NCBI GenBank assembly: GCA_951406725.2
Contig: CATOCA020000001.1
Location: 10,168,001-10,232,000 of the forward strand
DNA length: 64,000 nucleotides
DNA from: Octopus vulgaris
Lineage: Eukaryota
Reading direction: 5' to 3'
The notes beneath the pieces are model-generated. The model searched no databases and was not told where the DNA came from. It saw only the letters and a list, made by a program, of their open reading frames with translations. A program made the position numbers and the translations under genes. Numbering within the stretch: the first letter of the stretch is position 1; the number at the start of each line of letters is the position of its first letter. Shown here piece by piece: positions 45,291-59,249 of the stretch.

Positions 45291-46143
45291 TGTGAACAAC
45301 AGATTGCAGCTCTTCCACTCCTATTACATGATTTAATTAGTAATTCAGCTCTCAACCTAATTAATTGCATCGTTTTGGCAATGATGATCGAGATGTAAGC
45401 TAGATTTCGAGCTAAAATAATTGGAAATTGATTCTTTAAAATATTTATTTCAAAGTTTTCGAGGTAAAAAATGGCAGCGTAAGACAAAAAAGTGACTTTG
45501 AATCAAAATATCTCAGTTATTTCCAAAGGAAATGTGTAGATTAATCAGATTTAAAAGAATGTCTTCATGGGGAAGACTCTTTTAGTAAAAATCCCGTTAT
45601 AAAAATCAACCAAGAAAAAAGCAGTGTGGCTTTTAGCGACGTAGAATTGGTAACAATTAAATCTACGTCGAAGTGTTCTAATGCTTCTGATATTTGTTTG
45701 CCAATGATTTCCAATAAAGTTTGATGAGCTATCCTTGTTCTTCATTGCCTTCTGAAGTGTTCAAATTGTAAAGTCAATTTATAGGTACACAGTATATATC
45801 TTCTACCAAAAGGTGACCATTGTTTTATGTACTTTGAATAGGATTCTGAAAGTTATGTACTAGCCTGATGATGGTCAATGTTATTGCAATAATTATTATT
45901 TTATTGTTTTGAAAACCTTTTTTATCATTACACTGCTACTGGAGTATGTACTTTACTATTCCTTGTTTCAATAATCAGATTGCGGCCATGCTGGGGTACT
46001 ACCTTCAAGCCTTTCCTCATCCTTACTACTGAATTTTTAAAATCTGGCACTTAATCAGTCGGATACCTTTTGCGGATCCACTGAGTTACGGGGAACGTAA
46101 ACAAACCAATATTGGTTATCAAGCGTTGGTGACAAGCACACGC

Positions 46144-46219
<76 letters not shown>

Positions 46220-46753
46220 ATATATATGTATATATATATATGTACATACGAAGGGAATCCACACAGTTTCCTGCTGCAAATTCACTCACAACGCTTAGTT
46301 GACCCAAGGTTATAGTAAATGTTATTTGTCCAAGGTGCCACACAGTTGGACTAAAGAATCCATGGATGTGAGAAGTAATTTTCCTGCCACAGAACCTTGC
46401 CTGTATGGAGGATGATATTTCTACCATAGATGAGAATGTTGACTAAAACCCATATTGTGCACATAAGAAAGTCTCCTTATTATTTTTTTTTATTTTTGTA
46501 TTTTATTCCCTTCCATCTTTTGCTGTTTTGTTATTAGGTTTTCACTTAGGATAATTAAGTTAGATTGAAGGAACCTATTCTTGTTCAAACAACACTTCCC
46601 AGAGAACTATAAAGCGAAATAAACAATTGTAGTGTGTAATATCAGCATTTACCCTGTTAATGTTGACTGAAACGCAATTTAGTACTGAACAGGAAAAACA
46701 TATTTATTTATTTTTACTTATTTTAAAGTGTGTAATATTTGTCTCTTTTTCAG

Positions 46754-46825
46754 ATTTTTGTATTACAACCTAATAGAAACATATGAAGATGGCGCTTTCT
46801 TATTCCTTCCCAGCATAGCTACAAT
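46754..46825 (+). CDS. LRR exon 8 (FLYYNLIETYEDGAFLFLPSIAT-)
   Basis: 72 nt, ctctttttcag|A ... AT|gtaag, phase 2-2, LRR consensus. Confidence 0.88.
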
Positions 46826-47147
46826 GTAAGCAAACAAGTTCTTTTTGGTTATAAGAAAATAAAAATAATAAAATGAGGTCATAAAATTCTCAATTCCTCG
46901 TTAAATGTTGTTGGTAATAAACAACAATGATTTGATTTAAATTTCAGTGGATCAACAGGATTTCAGAGCATTGTGTTTTATTATCGAAAAGTTTATGTTC
47001 AAATATCAGAAGGTTGATTTGATCTAGTTTCCTCCATGTTTATAAATACACATAATTAACTGGAGTCAAGAGAGTGGCCTACATACCAACCTACATGCAC
47101 ACATATATAAAGATTCCTGTGTGTATATGCGTATGTGCATATATAAG

Positions 47148-47227
<80 letters not shown>

Positions 47228-48634
47228 CATATTTACACACACACACACACATGTATATATATATGCGTGTGTGTGGAGAGGTAAAGAAAGAGAGGGAAAT
47301 TTAACACAATCCTATCCCTATTAAAGCTTAACCACACTGCTTGGAAAGGAGAACATTTTAAGGGAGATAAATAGTAGTAAAACTAACAACGTTTGTGCAG
47401 TATTTGAGGTTGGGAGGTATACAAGCAGATCTATTTAAAAATTGTAACTATCAGAACATTATAGAATTGCATTACGATGTAGCAAAATTCCTAAAAGGTT
47501 CAGAATATTCTCTTCTGAAAATCATATTCAATAAAGGAAGTGCCGAGGGAGAAAATATTTCCAATACCTACAATTTTAGATATATCTGCTACAATTTCTA
47601 GATATATTTAGAATGCTTATAAAGCTAAATCTCTCATGTCAAATATAACTGGTATTTTACTCAGCAATATTTCGCAGCTTCGCAATACCTATCAACTTTC
47701 GCCACAGCACTTATATGACAATACCGTTTGCCAACAGTAGCTCGTATGTCACTTATATCTTGTAGCTGATAATCTCTATATTGCAGGTTAGCTACATTTA
47801 GTAGATTTATCCATATCTTGTATGTCATCTCTTCAAACATATGATCTAAATATATCATAGTATGTCATCTGTCCAGTATATCATCTATATCTAGTATATC
47901 CTCTAAATCTAGTATACCATTTATATATTGTATGTCATCTATATATTGTATGTCATCTCTTTCTCCTCTATCAGGAGAAATCTGTTTGCCCAATACATTT
48001 TATTATATCATGTCTGTCTTAAGATTCAAATTTATATCTAGAATATCATTTAAAGATTCTCTAACCACATCCTACCTAATTTTATTTGGTATCTGTTATT
48101 TTCAATTATCATTTTCTCATTTCTTCTCTCTAATAAATCTACTGCAGTATGTAGTACAGAGTGGTGTGAATGGCTTACATTCATACCCCCATCTCTCTCT
48201 CTCTCTCTGTAACTCTAACTTTACTTTCTACTACCATATTCATGCTTGAATGTGTATGAAGATGTCTATGATTGCATGTGAAGGGTCAAATGAGAAGGTT
48301 AAACCTTCTTTTATTCATTTTCCCTCTACTCAGGCATAAGACAATTGAACTGAGAGGTTTTGGGCTTTAGCGATTACATGAGGACCTCCTCATCAATGGA
48401 TTATTTGGTTTTGGTCAATACACAGCGAATGAGACAGACCAATGAGGCAGCGAGAGCCTGGTCTTATGCAACAATGATCAGGCTTTCAGTGGTACGCTTC
48501 AAATCACCTCGCTCAAGCCATGCCCACGATGCTGTATTATCCTTAACATCCTGTTTATTCCTTTCAAACTGTCCATGCATTCTCATTTAAAGAATGTATT
48601 CTTTTCTCTTCTCCTAAGCACTTTGGATTATCCT

Positions 48635-48727
48635 ACTCATCCTCCCCCTCCCCCTCCCCCTCCTCCTCCTCCTCCTCCCCCTCCTCCTCCCCCTCCTCCT
48701 CCTCATCATCATCATTATCATCATCAT

Positions 48728-48762
<35 letters not shown>

Positions 48763-48906
48763 CCACCATCATCATCATAATCATCACCATCATAATCATC
48801 ATCATCATCATTATCATCACCATCACCATCATCACCACCATCATCATCATAATCATCACCATCATAATCATCATCATCATCATCATCATTATCATCATAA
48901 TCATCA
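48635..48906. repeat. Compound (CCT)n(CAT)n microsatellite
   Basis: Direct inspection; produces the spurious poly-Pro/His ORF. Confidence 0.95.
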
Positions 48907-48964
48907 TATGAAAACTCACAGCTTACTTTTCTGGGTTTGATGGAAAGTGTTACTTGTTTACTGT

Positions 48965-49150
48965 TTATACTTCAAGAACCCTACGAAGAATTCTTGCGTT
49001 CCAAGCAATACTGATTTCTTTTAGGTGTTCAACCTTCACACTTGTACCAATTGTTTTCAGTCATGCTGGGAGTTGAGTGCTAATACTTCCAAATGTACCA
49101 ATTACTACTGGTATCACCTCTACTCTCTTCATTGTCAACAACCTTCTATT
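48965..49150 (-). mobile_element. Degenerate R4/Dong-like REL 3' fragment
   Basis: - strand VEVIPVVIGTFGSI...KSVLLG..RILRRVL. Confidence 0.55.
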
Positions 49151-49283
49151 TCTCACTTCAAATAGTCATGATTGTTTAATTATTATTATTATTATTGTTG
49201 TTGTTGTTGTTTTTGTTGTATTTTTGTTGATGTTGTTGCTGTTGTTCTTGCTGTTGCTCTTTTTTAAAAACACTGAAAATATT

Positions 49284-49609
49284 GTATAATAGCCATCTCA
49301 ATATGGCTAACCACTGACGGTGGGTGTTACTGTAGCTTGTAGCCCCAGGAGATCATCGTCTCCAGCTGGCTTTAGGCACACTATCTGTGCCCTTATGGTA
49401 TTTGCAAAGGGAGGTCATCCCTCTGTCATAAGCCTAAGTGATACGCACGGACCGCAGTTTCGAGGTATTTGCCTCTTGTCAACGCACGGTATTCACCGGT
49501 TTACGATCGTAAACCGGTGATTACCGTGCGTTGACGATGATCTCCTGGGGTTAAAAGCTATAGTAACACCCACCCTTTGTGGTTAGCAACATTGAGATGG
49601 CTATTATAC
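49284..49609. mobile_element. MITE / foldback element with ~78-bp terminal inverted repeats and an internal 58-bp palindrome
   Basis: gtataatagccatctcaat...ccccaggagatcatcgtc mirrored by gacgatgatctcctgggg...attgagatggctattatac. Confidence 0.8.
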
Positions 49610-50214
49610 TTTACGTTGTCGAGCCGTTACTGTTTACATCTCGTTCAGAGATTTATTATTGACTGAAAATATTCAAATTGATATATCAAAATTGAATATT
49701 AATTTTCCCCTTCTTAATTAGGAGTATTACTATACATGTCTCTGCCGCTGAAGCTATAAAATGTACAACACTGTAATCTCTCAGTTTCTGCGCTGGTACG
49801 TCTCTAGTTTTAAAACCAGTTGCTACATAGAATAAACACGACCTTCTTAGCGCCAAAACCGCCCATCTAAACGAGTTTTCTCAGACAGAGCGGCGCAAGA
49901 TCCCTACCACCAAATTCCCGACACTAAAATGTCCCTAAACTACAATAAAATAGAATCGTTTTCAAGTGGCTAGTAATCTTATTTAAAGGTACTTTATTAT
50001 TCAATATCTAAGCTAAAAGAGAAAAGAACCTTAGTGCTTCCACTTTCTACTAGAAACCATTTCGCAATATTGATGCTATTAACAACACTTAAAAAAATGA
50101 ATGCCATAGCGTTTATAAACCTGCTCAAATTTTATAATCTTTGTTTCTTGTCAAATCACATAGGAATTTCTCTGTTGATCTGAAACGCATTCAGAGTTCT
50201 CTTTATTATTACAG

Positions 50215-50372
50215 TAACCTCCAATACAATAACCTTATGAAGTGTGGATGTCACTTGCCAGCCTTCGTTAAGTATATTAAAGATGTCTATAACAGAACTG
50301 TTGATATCTTTGGTACGTGTCAGGAAGGCTCAGGGAAACGAATACCTATACTGGATTATTCGCAATGTCAAA
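50215..50372 (+). CDS. Exon 9: final LRR strand + LRRCT cap (NLQYNNLMKCGCHLPAFVKYIKDVYNRTVDIFGTCQEGSGKRIPILDYSQCQ)
   Basis: attattacag|T acceptor, A|gtaagt donor; NxxxCxCxL...C...C four-Cys LRRCT pattern; phase 2-1. Confidence 0.88.
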
Positions 50373-50588
50373 GTAAGTAAAATTCTCATTTCTTCTTTTC
50401 TTTTATTATTAATACTAAGAAAATCGGGTTATTCTCTGAAGCTTACAATATCATGTCTTATGAAAGGGAAACTATAGATAAAGATATGAGGAATAAACGT
50501 TTTACCATTCGCACGCTTTACATTCACATCTTCGCTCTAACGAACTTATAGATTCAACTGTATCACACAAACCATCAACAGCACACAC

Positions 50589-50630
<42 letters not shown>

Positions 50631-51059
50631 GCGCGCGCGCACACAGACATACACAAACATACATACGCAAACATTCACAACGGTGCACACATGTATGTAC
50701 GCTCACATGTACACACACATATGCACACAGACATACTCTCTAACCCTCTCTCTCACGTACACTCTCTCTCATAACTACATAAGTATAGAACAAAAACAAG
50801 TATTCGAAGCGGTCACGATTGACAACAAAATGTCGCTAACAACCATAACTGGTTGATAGGTTAACCAAACGGTTAATCAAACATTCATTTAGTTAATTCG
50901 TTAACAAATTGTTAACAAAGTGACGAATAATAAAGTGAAATAGAACCAGTACATGTGTTTTTTATTGGCTTAATGACCCTCCCGAGATACAATAAAATGT
51001 TCCAGTATTCGAACCCCAGAAGAGGACAACTTGGTAACAAAGCCAAACACACTATCTTC

Positions 51060-51530
51060 AGTTTGGGTTTCGTGCCCATTCTCATCTGTTGTCATGAATA
51101 TTGGTTAACGACTGAAAGAGTCTGATCTCAAACAGAAGCGGCCGAAATGGGATTCCTCCGAAAAAACTGGAGTAGCTTTACTCGACACAGTGTGTACCTT
51201 GGAGATGAGGGAGTCTCTCCAGATCAGGTCGGTACTTTTCCGTATTGTGCCACTACATTTCCGGTAATGCGGACATGCGATTAGGATGTCACATGACAAA
51301 ATCGCAAGATCGATTCTTTAAAATGATGAAAAACAGCAGGGAATGTAGAGGTAGACCAAAAAGAGATGGCTAGAAAATATCCATAGCCTCATTTGGTCAT
51401 GCTTGAGAATTCAATCAGTATGCGTATTGGCAGTTGCCTCTGATAGTACCCTATGCAGGAGGTACCTGAGGCACCAGATGTCCTCATGACCCTCCCAGTA
51501 ATAATGAGCGTTGAAGATGGTAGATGGATG
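51060..51530 (+). mobile_element. Degenerate RTE-group LINE 3' fragment
   Basis: EAAEMGFLRK.GVALLD.V, GHAIRM and GRPKKRWLENI motifs; (TGGA)n tail. Confidence 0.6.
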
Positions 51531-53044
51531 GATATACAGAGTGTCGGTATTAAATATAACGATTTTATGTCCCATTATATTAAGGAAAACGTAGTGTATT
51601 GGTAAGCAAAGGCGTTAGAGAGCATAAAGTTGTAGCTGAGAAAAAAGCTGATATGGCGGACTGGAAGCCATCTAAATATTCTTTGCTACTCTAGGCACAA
51701 GGCATGAAATTTGGTGGGGAGAGGGCCAGTCGATTGGATCGACCCCAGTGCGCAACTGCTAACCCGAAAGGATAAAAGCAAAGTCGACCTCTGTGGAATT
51801 TGAACACAGAACGTGAAAAAACAGACGAAATACTGCTAAGCTTTGCGCCCGGTGTGTTAACGTTTCTGCCAGCTTGCCGCCTTGAAAGCCATCTAAATAT
51901 TGGAAGAGAGAAACCTGTATTCATGATAATTCATGACGGTTACCACAATTCAGACACCATCACTGCTGTTCAATGCTCTGGGAACACTGTAAAGTCAGCA
52001 AGACGTGACATGGACAGTTGCAGTAGAATCTATAGGATAAAAATCGAATAAGAGAGAAAAGTTGCTTCAGAAGATCAAATACCAAGACAAGAAAGGGCAA
52101 AATGCAGGCAAAACATTCAGTAATGTAAAATGTCTGAAAAGGATGGCACACTTCATGAAGGTCAAATAATGTAGACGGTACAAGCAAAGGGTTGGTACAC
52201 ATGGTTTAAGTGAGAGACAGAAAATGGCTGACGAAAGAAGGAGAGAAGAGCAAAAGTGGTTTTATTCGAAGAAGAGTGAACACGAATGGGAAGGGAGAGA
52301 AGAAGGGTGCGGTATGTGTGCGTATAGGGGAGGTAAACTGTTAGTAAGAGCCAAGCAGTAGTGGGAGGAAAAGGGAGGAGGAGGAGGGGGAGAGAGAGAA
52401 TTGAGTGGTTTAGAGATACAAAGCAAAACGTTGGGTGCAAAAGCGAATGTGTGAGGGCAGCACTTGTGAGTATGGGTATGTGTGTGTGAGTGTGTGTATG
52501 TGTTTGAAGAGTGAGTGTGCGGGAATATGTATGAGTCTATGTACGAGTGTGTATGCATTGTATGTGTGTGTCAAATGTAGAATATCCAATGGGACAAAGT
52601 TGTGTGTATGTGTGTGTGTGTGTGTGTGTTTGTCTTTGTGTGTAATAAAGTGTGCAGAGAGTAACTGTGCTACCGAAGTGAGATGTGTAGGTAGAAACTG
52701 TGGTCTAGCGTGTGAAGTGTGTATAAAGTGTAAATGTGGGCGGAGGGACAAATAATGTGAGGATGTGGGTTGGTAAGAGTGATGCTGCGGAGGAGAGAGA
52801 GGAAGAAAACGAAGTAGAGAGGTAAAGTATATATTTAGCGCTTAGCCAGGAAGACAGTCAATGCTCATGATCATTCAGAAGGCTGCTGTGATTGGTTGGG
52901 GGAAAGTAGGAAGATATCCTGAAACCAAAGACCTGCCTTGATTGTTTATAACGGAGAAGAATCCGGCATAAACAGCGAAGGTTCCAAATGACAGACTTAA
53001 AATGGGGTCCGATGAAGCACATCACTCGAGAAAATATATGAGTC

Positions 53045-53132
53045 AGTATGTATATGTATGTACATACGCACATACATACATACATACATACGTACATACA
53101 AACATACATACATACATACATACATACATACA

Positions 53133-53166
<34 letters not shown>

Positions 53167-53230
53167 CATACATACGTACATACGTACATACATGCATACA
53201 TACATACATACATACGTACATACATACATA
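53045..53230. repeat. (TACA)n microsatellite (also about 19370-19450, 54405-54590, 54810-54857)
   Basis: Direct inspection. Confidence 0.95.
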
Positions 53231-53299
53231 CTCATGGATGCTAGAAGCCATTCAGCTTGCTAAATTTCCAGTGAGCCATAATCAAAGCCATAGCTGACC

Positions 53300-54350
53300 T
53301 GATTTCATTGTGGGCCACCATCATGAAATTAAACACAAAGAGTGACTATTATCCCTGACAGAATACAATATCGCAAAGGCATATTCAAAGAGGACAACCT
53401 CGTTATGATGTTGTTTATACTTTCTGTAAACCTCATGTCATTCATGTTAAGGATATCTCATTGGTTCAAAAGGAAACAGAAATTACAAAATTGAACGCTG
53501 TTTCTTTGTGGATGACTTAAAAACTTTATGCAAAGAATATGGATGAGATGAAAAAGAGCTTTGACCAAGTTACAACATTCTCAAAAAATGTGGGGTTGGC
53601 GTTTGTTCAGGATAAATGTTATATGGTTGTGAAAAGGGCGAAAAATGTAAACCAGACTCGCAACATCACCATCAATGACCTGACAGTTTCCCCTATATCT
53701 GAAGAGGAATGTTACAGATATCTAGGGGTGGATGAAAATATATCTCATAACAGCACCTGTAACAAAACAAGTGCTTTTTTACAGGTACCATTAACTTACA
53801 GGTGTCATTAAAGTATAAACAAAGAACATTACAGCTGAATAAATAAAATTTCGACCTCAGAAATCTATGCATTCAATAAAACATTGGCCCACAACGTGTT
53901 TGCTGTGCAAGTACTCATACTGACATTTGGGCTGTTTTACTGGACACTTGATGAGATCCGAGCTGTTTATGTGAAAACCCGGAAAATACTGACAAGTACA
54001 CATAATTTCCACATAAACGGTGAAGTAGACCCCCTCTCCTTAAAACGAAAACAACGCGGCAGGGGCTTAACATCGATGCAAAATGTCTTTGAATGTCGTA
54101 TCATATCCTTTCGGTAACATCTTATAACCACAAATGTCAAAGTGCATCCCTTTACCAAGTTTGCATAATTCATAAGACTTGGAAGGCAGCTCCTTGAGCA
54201 ACATTCCTTATCTGATAACAGAATACATGCTCAAAGATGTCGCACGACTCTACCGCAACGTATCATTAGATGAACGGATGAGGATCTATAAACAGAAGAC
54301 TATGCATGGATATGTTGGTAGAAAGTTCCGAGATGATGGCAATATTGATG
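53300..54350 (+). mobile_element. Degenerate R4/Dong-clade RT fragment
   Basis: KGIF.EDNL (GIFQGDSL-like), FFVDDLK, YRYLGVDEN, AHNVFAV.VL..TFG...WTLDEI...VKTRKILT, LKRKQ.GRGL, KTMHGY. Confidence 0.75.
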
Positions 54351-54806
54351 TTGTTGAAATTCCAATGAAGGAGCCGTAGATGTAGGAAATAACAGTGAAT
54401 AATGACATGCATACATACATACTTACATAAATACACACATACATACATGCATACACACACACATACTTACATACATACACACATACATACATACATACAT
54501 AATACATACACACATACATACATACATACATACATACATGCATACATACATACATACATACATACTCACATACACACATACATACATAGAAACTCTCTCC
54601 TTCTCTATTGCCAACAAATCTTGAAATAACAGTGAATAATGACATACATACATACATAATACATACATGTATTATTATGGCTGCCCCCTTGTTACCGAGT
54701 ATGGCCATTGCACGAAGCTTAACTGTTACTGGTGCTGTGATCGAATGTGACTTTTTAGCCCAGCTAAATATCTACAATGTATTTTACAGGATTGGCAACT
54801 AAAACC

Positions 54807-54838
<32 letters not shown>

Positions 54839-55351
54839 CATACATACATACATACATAAATGTGTGTATATTGGAAAAAGCACAATATTAGTGATCATAA
54901 TTTTTATTGTTTATCCAAATATTGTTTTGCTCACTTCACATATTATGGCCTTCTTCACATACTATATGACATTGCAGCATAACTTAAATGAGATTCTCAG
55001 GTTTCATTAGGGAGTTCCACTGCAACAATGCTTGCAACTTACAAATTTAATCCCTTTATTTGACTTGTTCAACGATTTTCACGTGTTTGTTACATCAGAA
55101 TACTAAAAGGACAACAAGTGGCTTTCATGCTTCTCTCAGTTGAATTTGTGACATTATTGAAACGTTTCCGAATGAACATGAAAATAGGTTTATAGTCTTT
55201 GTTAATAATTTGCTTTATATGTCTAACATGTATTGATTTCAATACTAACACGCATACATTTGTTTTTACATCTGAAAGAAAATATTTCTTGTTATTGCTA
55301 TGCATTGCATTATTTGGTTCATAAATACAGATATTTACTTGTATTCTGTAG

Positions 55352-55443
55352 ATTACTCGTTATATCAACGGAATTTACAGTGTCAAACATGTTCAGGAAT
55401 TAAATGCAATAAATCGGAAGTGACAAGCTGTCCAGAAGCAGAG
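55352..55443 (+). CDS. Exon 10: start of Ly6/uPAR-like domain (NYSLYQRNLQCQTCSGIKCNKSEVTSCPEAE)
   Basis: attctgtag|AT acceptor, GAG|gtaaac donor; phase 1-0; LxCxxC start typical of LU/three-finger domains. Confidence 0.82.
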
Positions 55444-57420
55444 GTAAACTGGAATGTTACTTTCTTCCTTTTCGTTAAAATATATCCACAGCCGTCACTC
55501 GAAAGCCATAAAGTCCACATAGATTGTAATATGCTTTCGCTAGTTTTTTTTTATGTGCCCGCGTAGACATACACACACCCTGTCGATCTTCTTATTCATG
55601 ACTCAATGGGAAAACAAGGATGTGACGACGGAAGGGAGAAATAGATGAACATCACTAGGTTGGGATACATTTCCTTCGATTGGACTGGAACAAAGTGAAA
55701 TGAAATGCCTTCTTCAAGGACACAATGTTCTTCCCTGTCCAGGAATCCCTATTCAAGAACCGAACACACAAACTTAAAGTGAGCTTTCTCCGACAAAACA
55801 TGGCTGCCCTTAGAGTAGGATGTATGAATGTATGTGGCCAGAAGTCAACTTGGGATCAAGATTCCTTATCGAATGACCTCGGGCCACTAACCTTAGAGGG
55901 GATAACTGCATGTTGGATGTGGTCCTACCATCTTGCAGAGATTAAAGGGAGCGGATTAAGGAAAAAGTTAAGAAGTAAATGACCGTCTCCTTCGTCTGTT
56001 GGCCATAGCAAAAGTGGTTGTTTGATAGACAAGATTATGAAATGTTCGAAACAGATTAAATCTGCCCTCACATCAAGAAGTACAATAAGCTTCACAGAAC
56101 ATAACGGATGGGGGTCATATTATTTCAACAGGAATAGATGAAAGCTATACGATTAAACGCAGCTAAAACACAAATTAAAATTGCCAGGCATATCTCTGAA
56201 TACACAGTTGTACATTGGTGAAAGAAACACAAGAGAAACAATAAAAGACACCGGTAATGACACAGATCAATGCTTCACATTAACTGATCTACGAGAATAT
56301 AGGAGAATAGAGCGTGACATAAGAGCATGGCTGCAATCTGTTGCCTGTTTCTTTGTCTGTTCTGATCTCAGACCTTTCTGTTTTCTTGAAGCTGAGTTAG
56401 CTTATGTAATGATTCATTCATTTGCAATCACAGACTCCATTGGCTCTTTTGAAGACGCCAGCCTTCGGACACTATCATTGGTTATTTTTTCATGACATCC
56501 TCACTCAGTTTGGGAGATCCAATTTTCTTTCTAAAACTTTTCCAACATTGGAAGAAACAAGTTTCAATTTCAAACTAAGGCAATGCAAATCTTATTTCTA
56601 ACTTCAATGTCTACATTTTCATTGCTTTTATTATCGTTAGGTGTTTGCGATTATTAATTGCGTTTTCGTGATGGATTCTTTTCTTTAAATATTCTTCTCC
56701 ATTTCTGATATTTTTCGTTTTCAGAATGTCCCTTATTAAGTTAACAAGACCTTGGTTGTTTTCTCTCCAAATTTTATACTAATATACCGTATTTTCATAT
56801 AAAATATACTTGCAAAATAAAACGAAGTTTCTCTTGTGTTCATTTTATGTATTTTCTGTTTTATTTGCTTGGACTGGGGAGTTCAATCTGACAATTATAT
56901 TTCATTTTCATCTTTGGGTACGGGCGTATTAGTTTCTCTTGTTGGTGAGTTTTGTACGCATGATTTTCCGTAAATTTTATATGAAAAATTCCTCTTGAGC
57001 ATTCCTCCAGTAAGAAGAAATTTTAGAGAATTGATACATCTTTATTGGGATAATTTGACCTATTTTAAGTTTGGTGACGGGTGACAGTGCGATGCGGTTT
57101 TCATACAGACCGTGAGCCGATGGCCATATCTACTTGTGATCCGAGAGGTTTGGACACTGTAAGCATTTAAAACATGATTTTTGAATACTAAATAGCAATA
57201 ACTTTTACGGAATTTTACTTATGCTTTTAACTTTCAACAAATCGTCAACTCTTTTACGGTTTCATTTATTGCTTTTGGGTATTTTAAAGCAATGATTAAA
57301 CTTTCTTGCATGGTAAACATCCCCAGCGGTGTTGTTTCTGTTGTTGTTGCTGTAATTAGCAGTAATCGTCCTAATAAATATTGTTGTTGTAGTGTATAAT
57401 TTTCATATCTATTATTACAG

Positions 57421-57604
57421 CCTGTATGCCGATTCGCAATATCAATGAACGGTGATAAACTGAAGACTGAAAGGTCCTGCAGCACATACAGAAAATGTGT
57501 TGAAGCTATGAGAAACAATACCCTTACATGCAATAAACGGACGAATGGCACGTCTTGTACTGGTTGTTGCGTCGGACACTTATGTAACAAGAATGATTTC
57601 ATTG
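57421..57604 (+). CDS. Exon 11: rest of Ly6/uPAR-like domain (PVCRFAISMNGDKLKTERSCSTYRKCVEAMRNNTLTCNKRTNGTSCTGCCVGHLCNKNDFI)
   Basis: attattacag|C acceptor, G|gtaagt donor; phase 0-1; ends in the CCxxxLCN signature. Confidence 0.88.
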
Positions 57605-57717
57605 GTAAGTGTTATTTATTGTCTAATATAACACTAACAAGTTTATTACAAATTGATAGTTAATAAGAACATTTTATAGTAATTAATATACGGGAAGATA
57701 TTTTGATGTGTGTATAC

Positions 57718-57755
<38 letters not shown>

Positions 57756-58026
57756 ATAATTATTATTATTTGAGTGAATAAAATCCAAACTTACAAGGGA
57801 AAAATTAAATTTAGAAATACTAAATCAAATTTCACATAATATAAGATATATATAAAAAATTAAAATAAAAAACCCAGCTTTTATCAATTCAAAATGAACA
57901 ATTAAATTACACCATCTAGAAAATTACATATAATAGAAATATAAAAAATAAATAACAATTAAATGTCAGTGCTTAAGTAAATTGCAAATAATAATAATAA
58001 AAAAACCTATATAATAGGTAGAATAA

Positions 58027-58078
<52 letters not shown>

Positions 58079-58197
58079 TTTTAAGTGTATATGTGATTAT
58101 GAATGTATATTTTTATCTACGTATGTGGGTTTTATGTGCATCTATGACGTGTGTCTCATTTATAAACGCAGCGATTATTTTCTATATCAATCCATAG

Positions 58198-58280
58198 GCT
58201 GGACCAAATCCCTCGTATTTCGTTTGATTTTTAAAAAGTTCAACGAATATAAAATCCCTGCTGAGAACATATCAAGAGCC
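58198..58280 (+). CDS. Exon 12 (GWTKSLVFRLIFKKFNEYKIPAENISRA)
   Basis: tccatag|GC acceptor, GCC|gtgagt donor; phase 1-0, exactly the phases needed to bridge exons 11 and 13. Confidence 0.72.
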
Positions 58281-58651
58281 GTGAGTAGATATCTGCCCTC
58301 TCTCTCTCTTTCTCCGTACACAGACGCGCGTGCGCGCACACATATGCACTGAACATGCGCACACATGCATACACATACACACTCTCACGCACACATACAC
58401 ACACACACATGCATATTTTATAGAAGAAATGTGAAACGTCAAATAAATAGTGAGGTTTCATGAAATTCAGACAATCAACTCCATTTACTGATAGTAAACT
58501 ATTACATAAAACTTTCTTTTTTAACTTACTGAATTTTTTCTGGTCAATAAAAAGACTGTTCTATCCACTATTTTGTCTTAATATATTCCGTGATATAATT
58601 TCCGATTCTGACAGTAAATAAAATCCTACTCAAATATTCACTAATCTTGTG

Positions 58652-58688
<37 letters not shown>

Positions 58689-59249
58689 ACACACATAAGA
58701 ACATATGTAATCACACACTTCCTTTTGGTAATATTTTTCTTCTCAACATTTTCGTTTTCCTTTCTGAAAAAGAGATATGCTCGGAACATTAAAAACCCTC
58801 TCATTTCCCCCACTTTACCGAGTGTCAAGCTAATATATTTATATATAATTATATTCTCAAACGCAGGATAATGCTAATAGTATAGCATGAACAGGATAAC
58901 GTATTCACCTGTTGCCGAAAACTCTGTCGGCGGCCAGATTACGCGTCTTATAAAGCTAGATGTATATAGCCTAACTTTGCAGAAGTATTTGTCGTTCGCG
59001 CAGTTTAGCTTAATGGTAAAGCACTTGAAGCGTAATCACAGGGGTGTGAGTATAGTCACATAGCTGGCTGACGACAGATTTATCTGCAAATTATGGATAT
59101 TTCATGCGGTTCACGTTATATCATTAGCATTATCCTGCGTTTCAGAATAAAATTATTTCTTTAATTTTCAATACATCTCAACGCTTTTAAATCAAGCTTT
59201 GTTTCTTGAATTTAATGTATATATATATATATACATCCGGCTTTTGCAG

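Noticed and set aside
48575-48940. Poly-Pro/poly-His protein
   Set aside because: Compound microsatellite in an intron; no splice or domain support.
55800-55900. MAALRVGCMNVCG, resembling the start of an APE endonuclease
   Set aside because: Only about 25 codons of similarity; too short to call an element.
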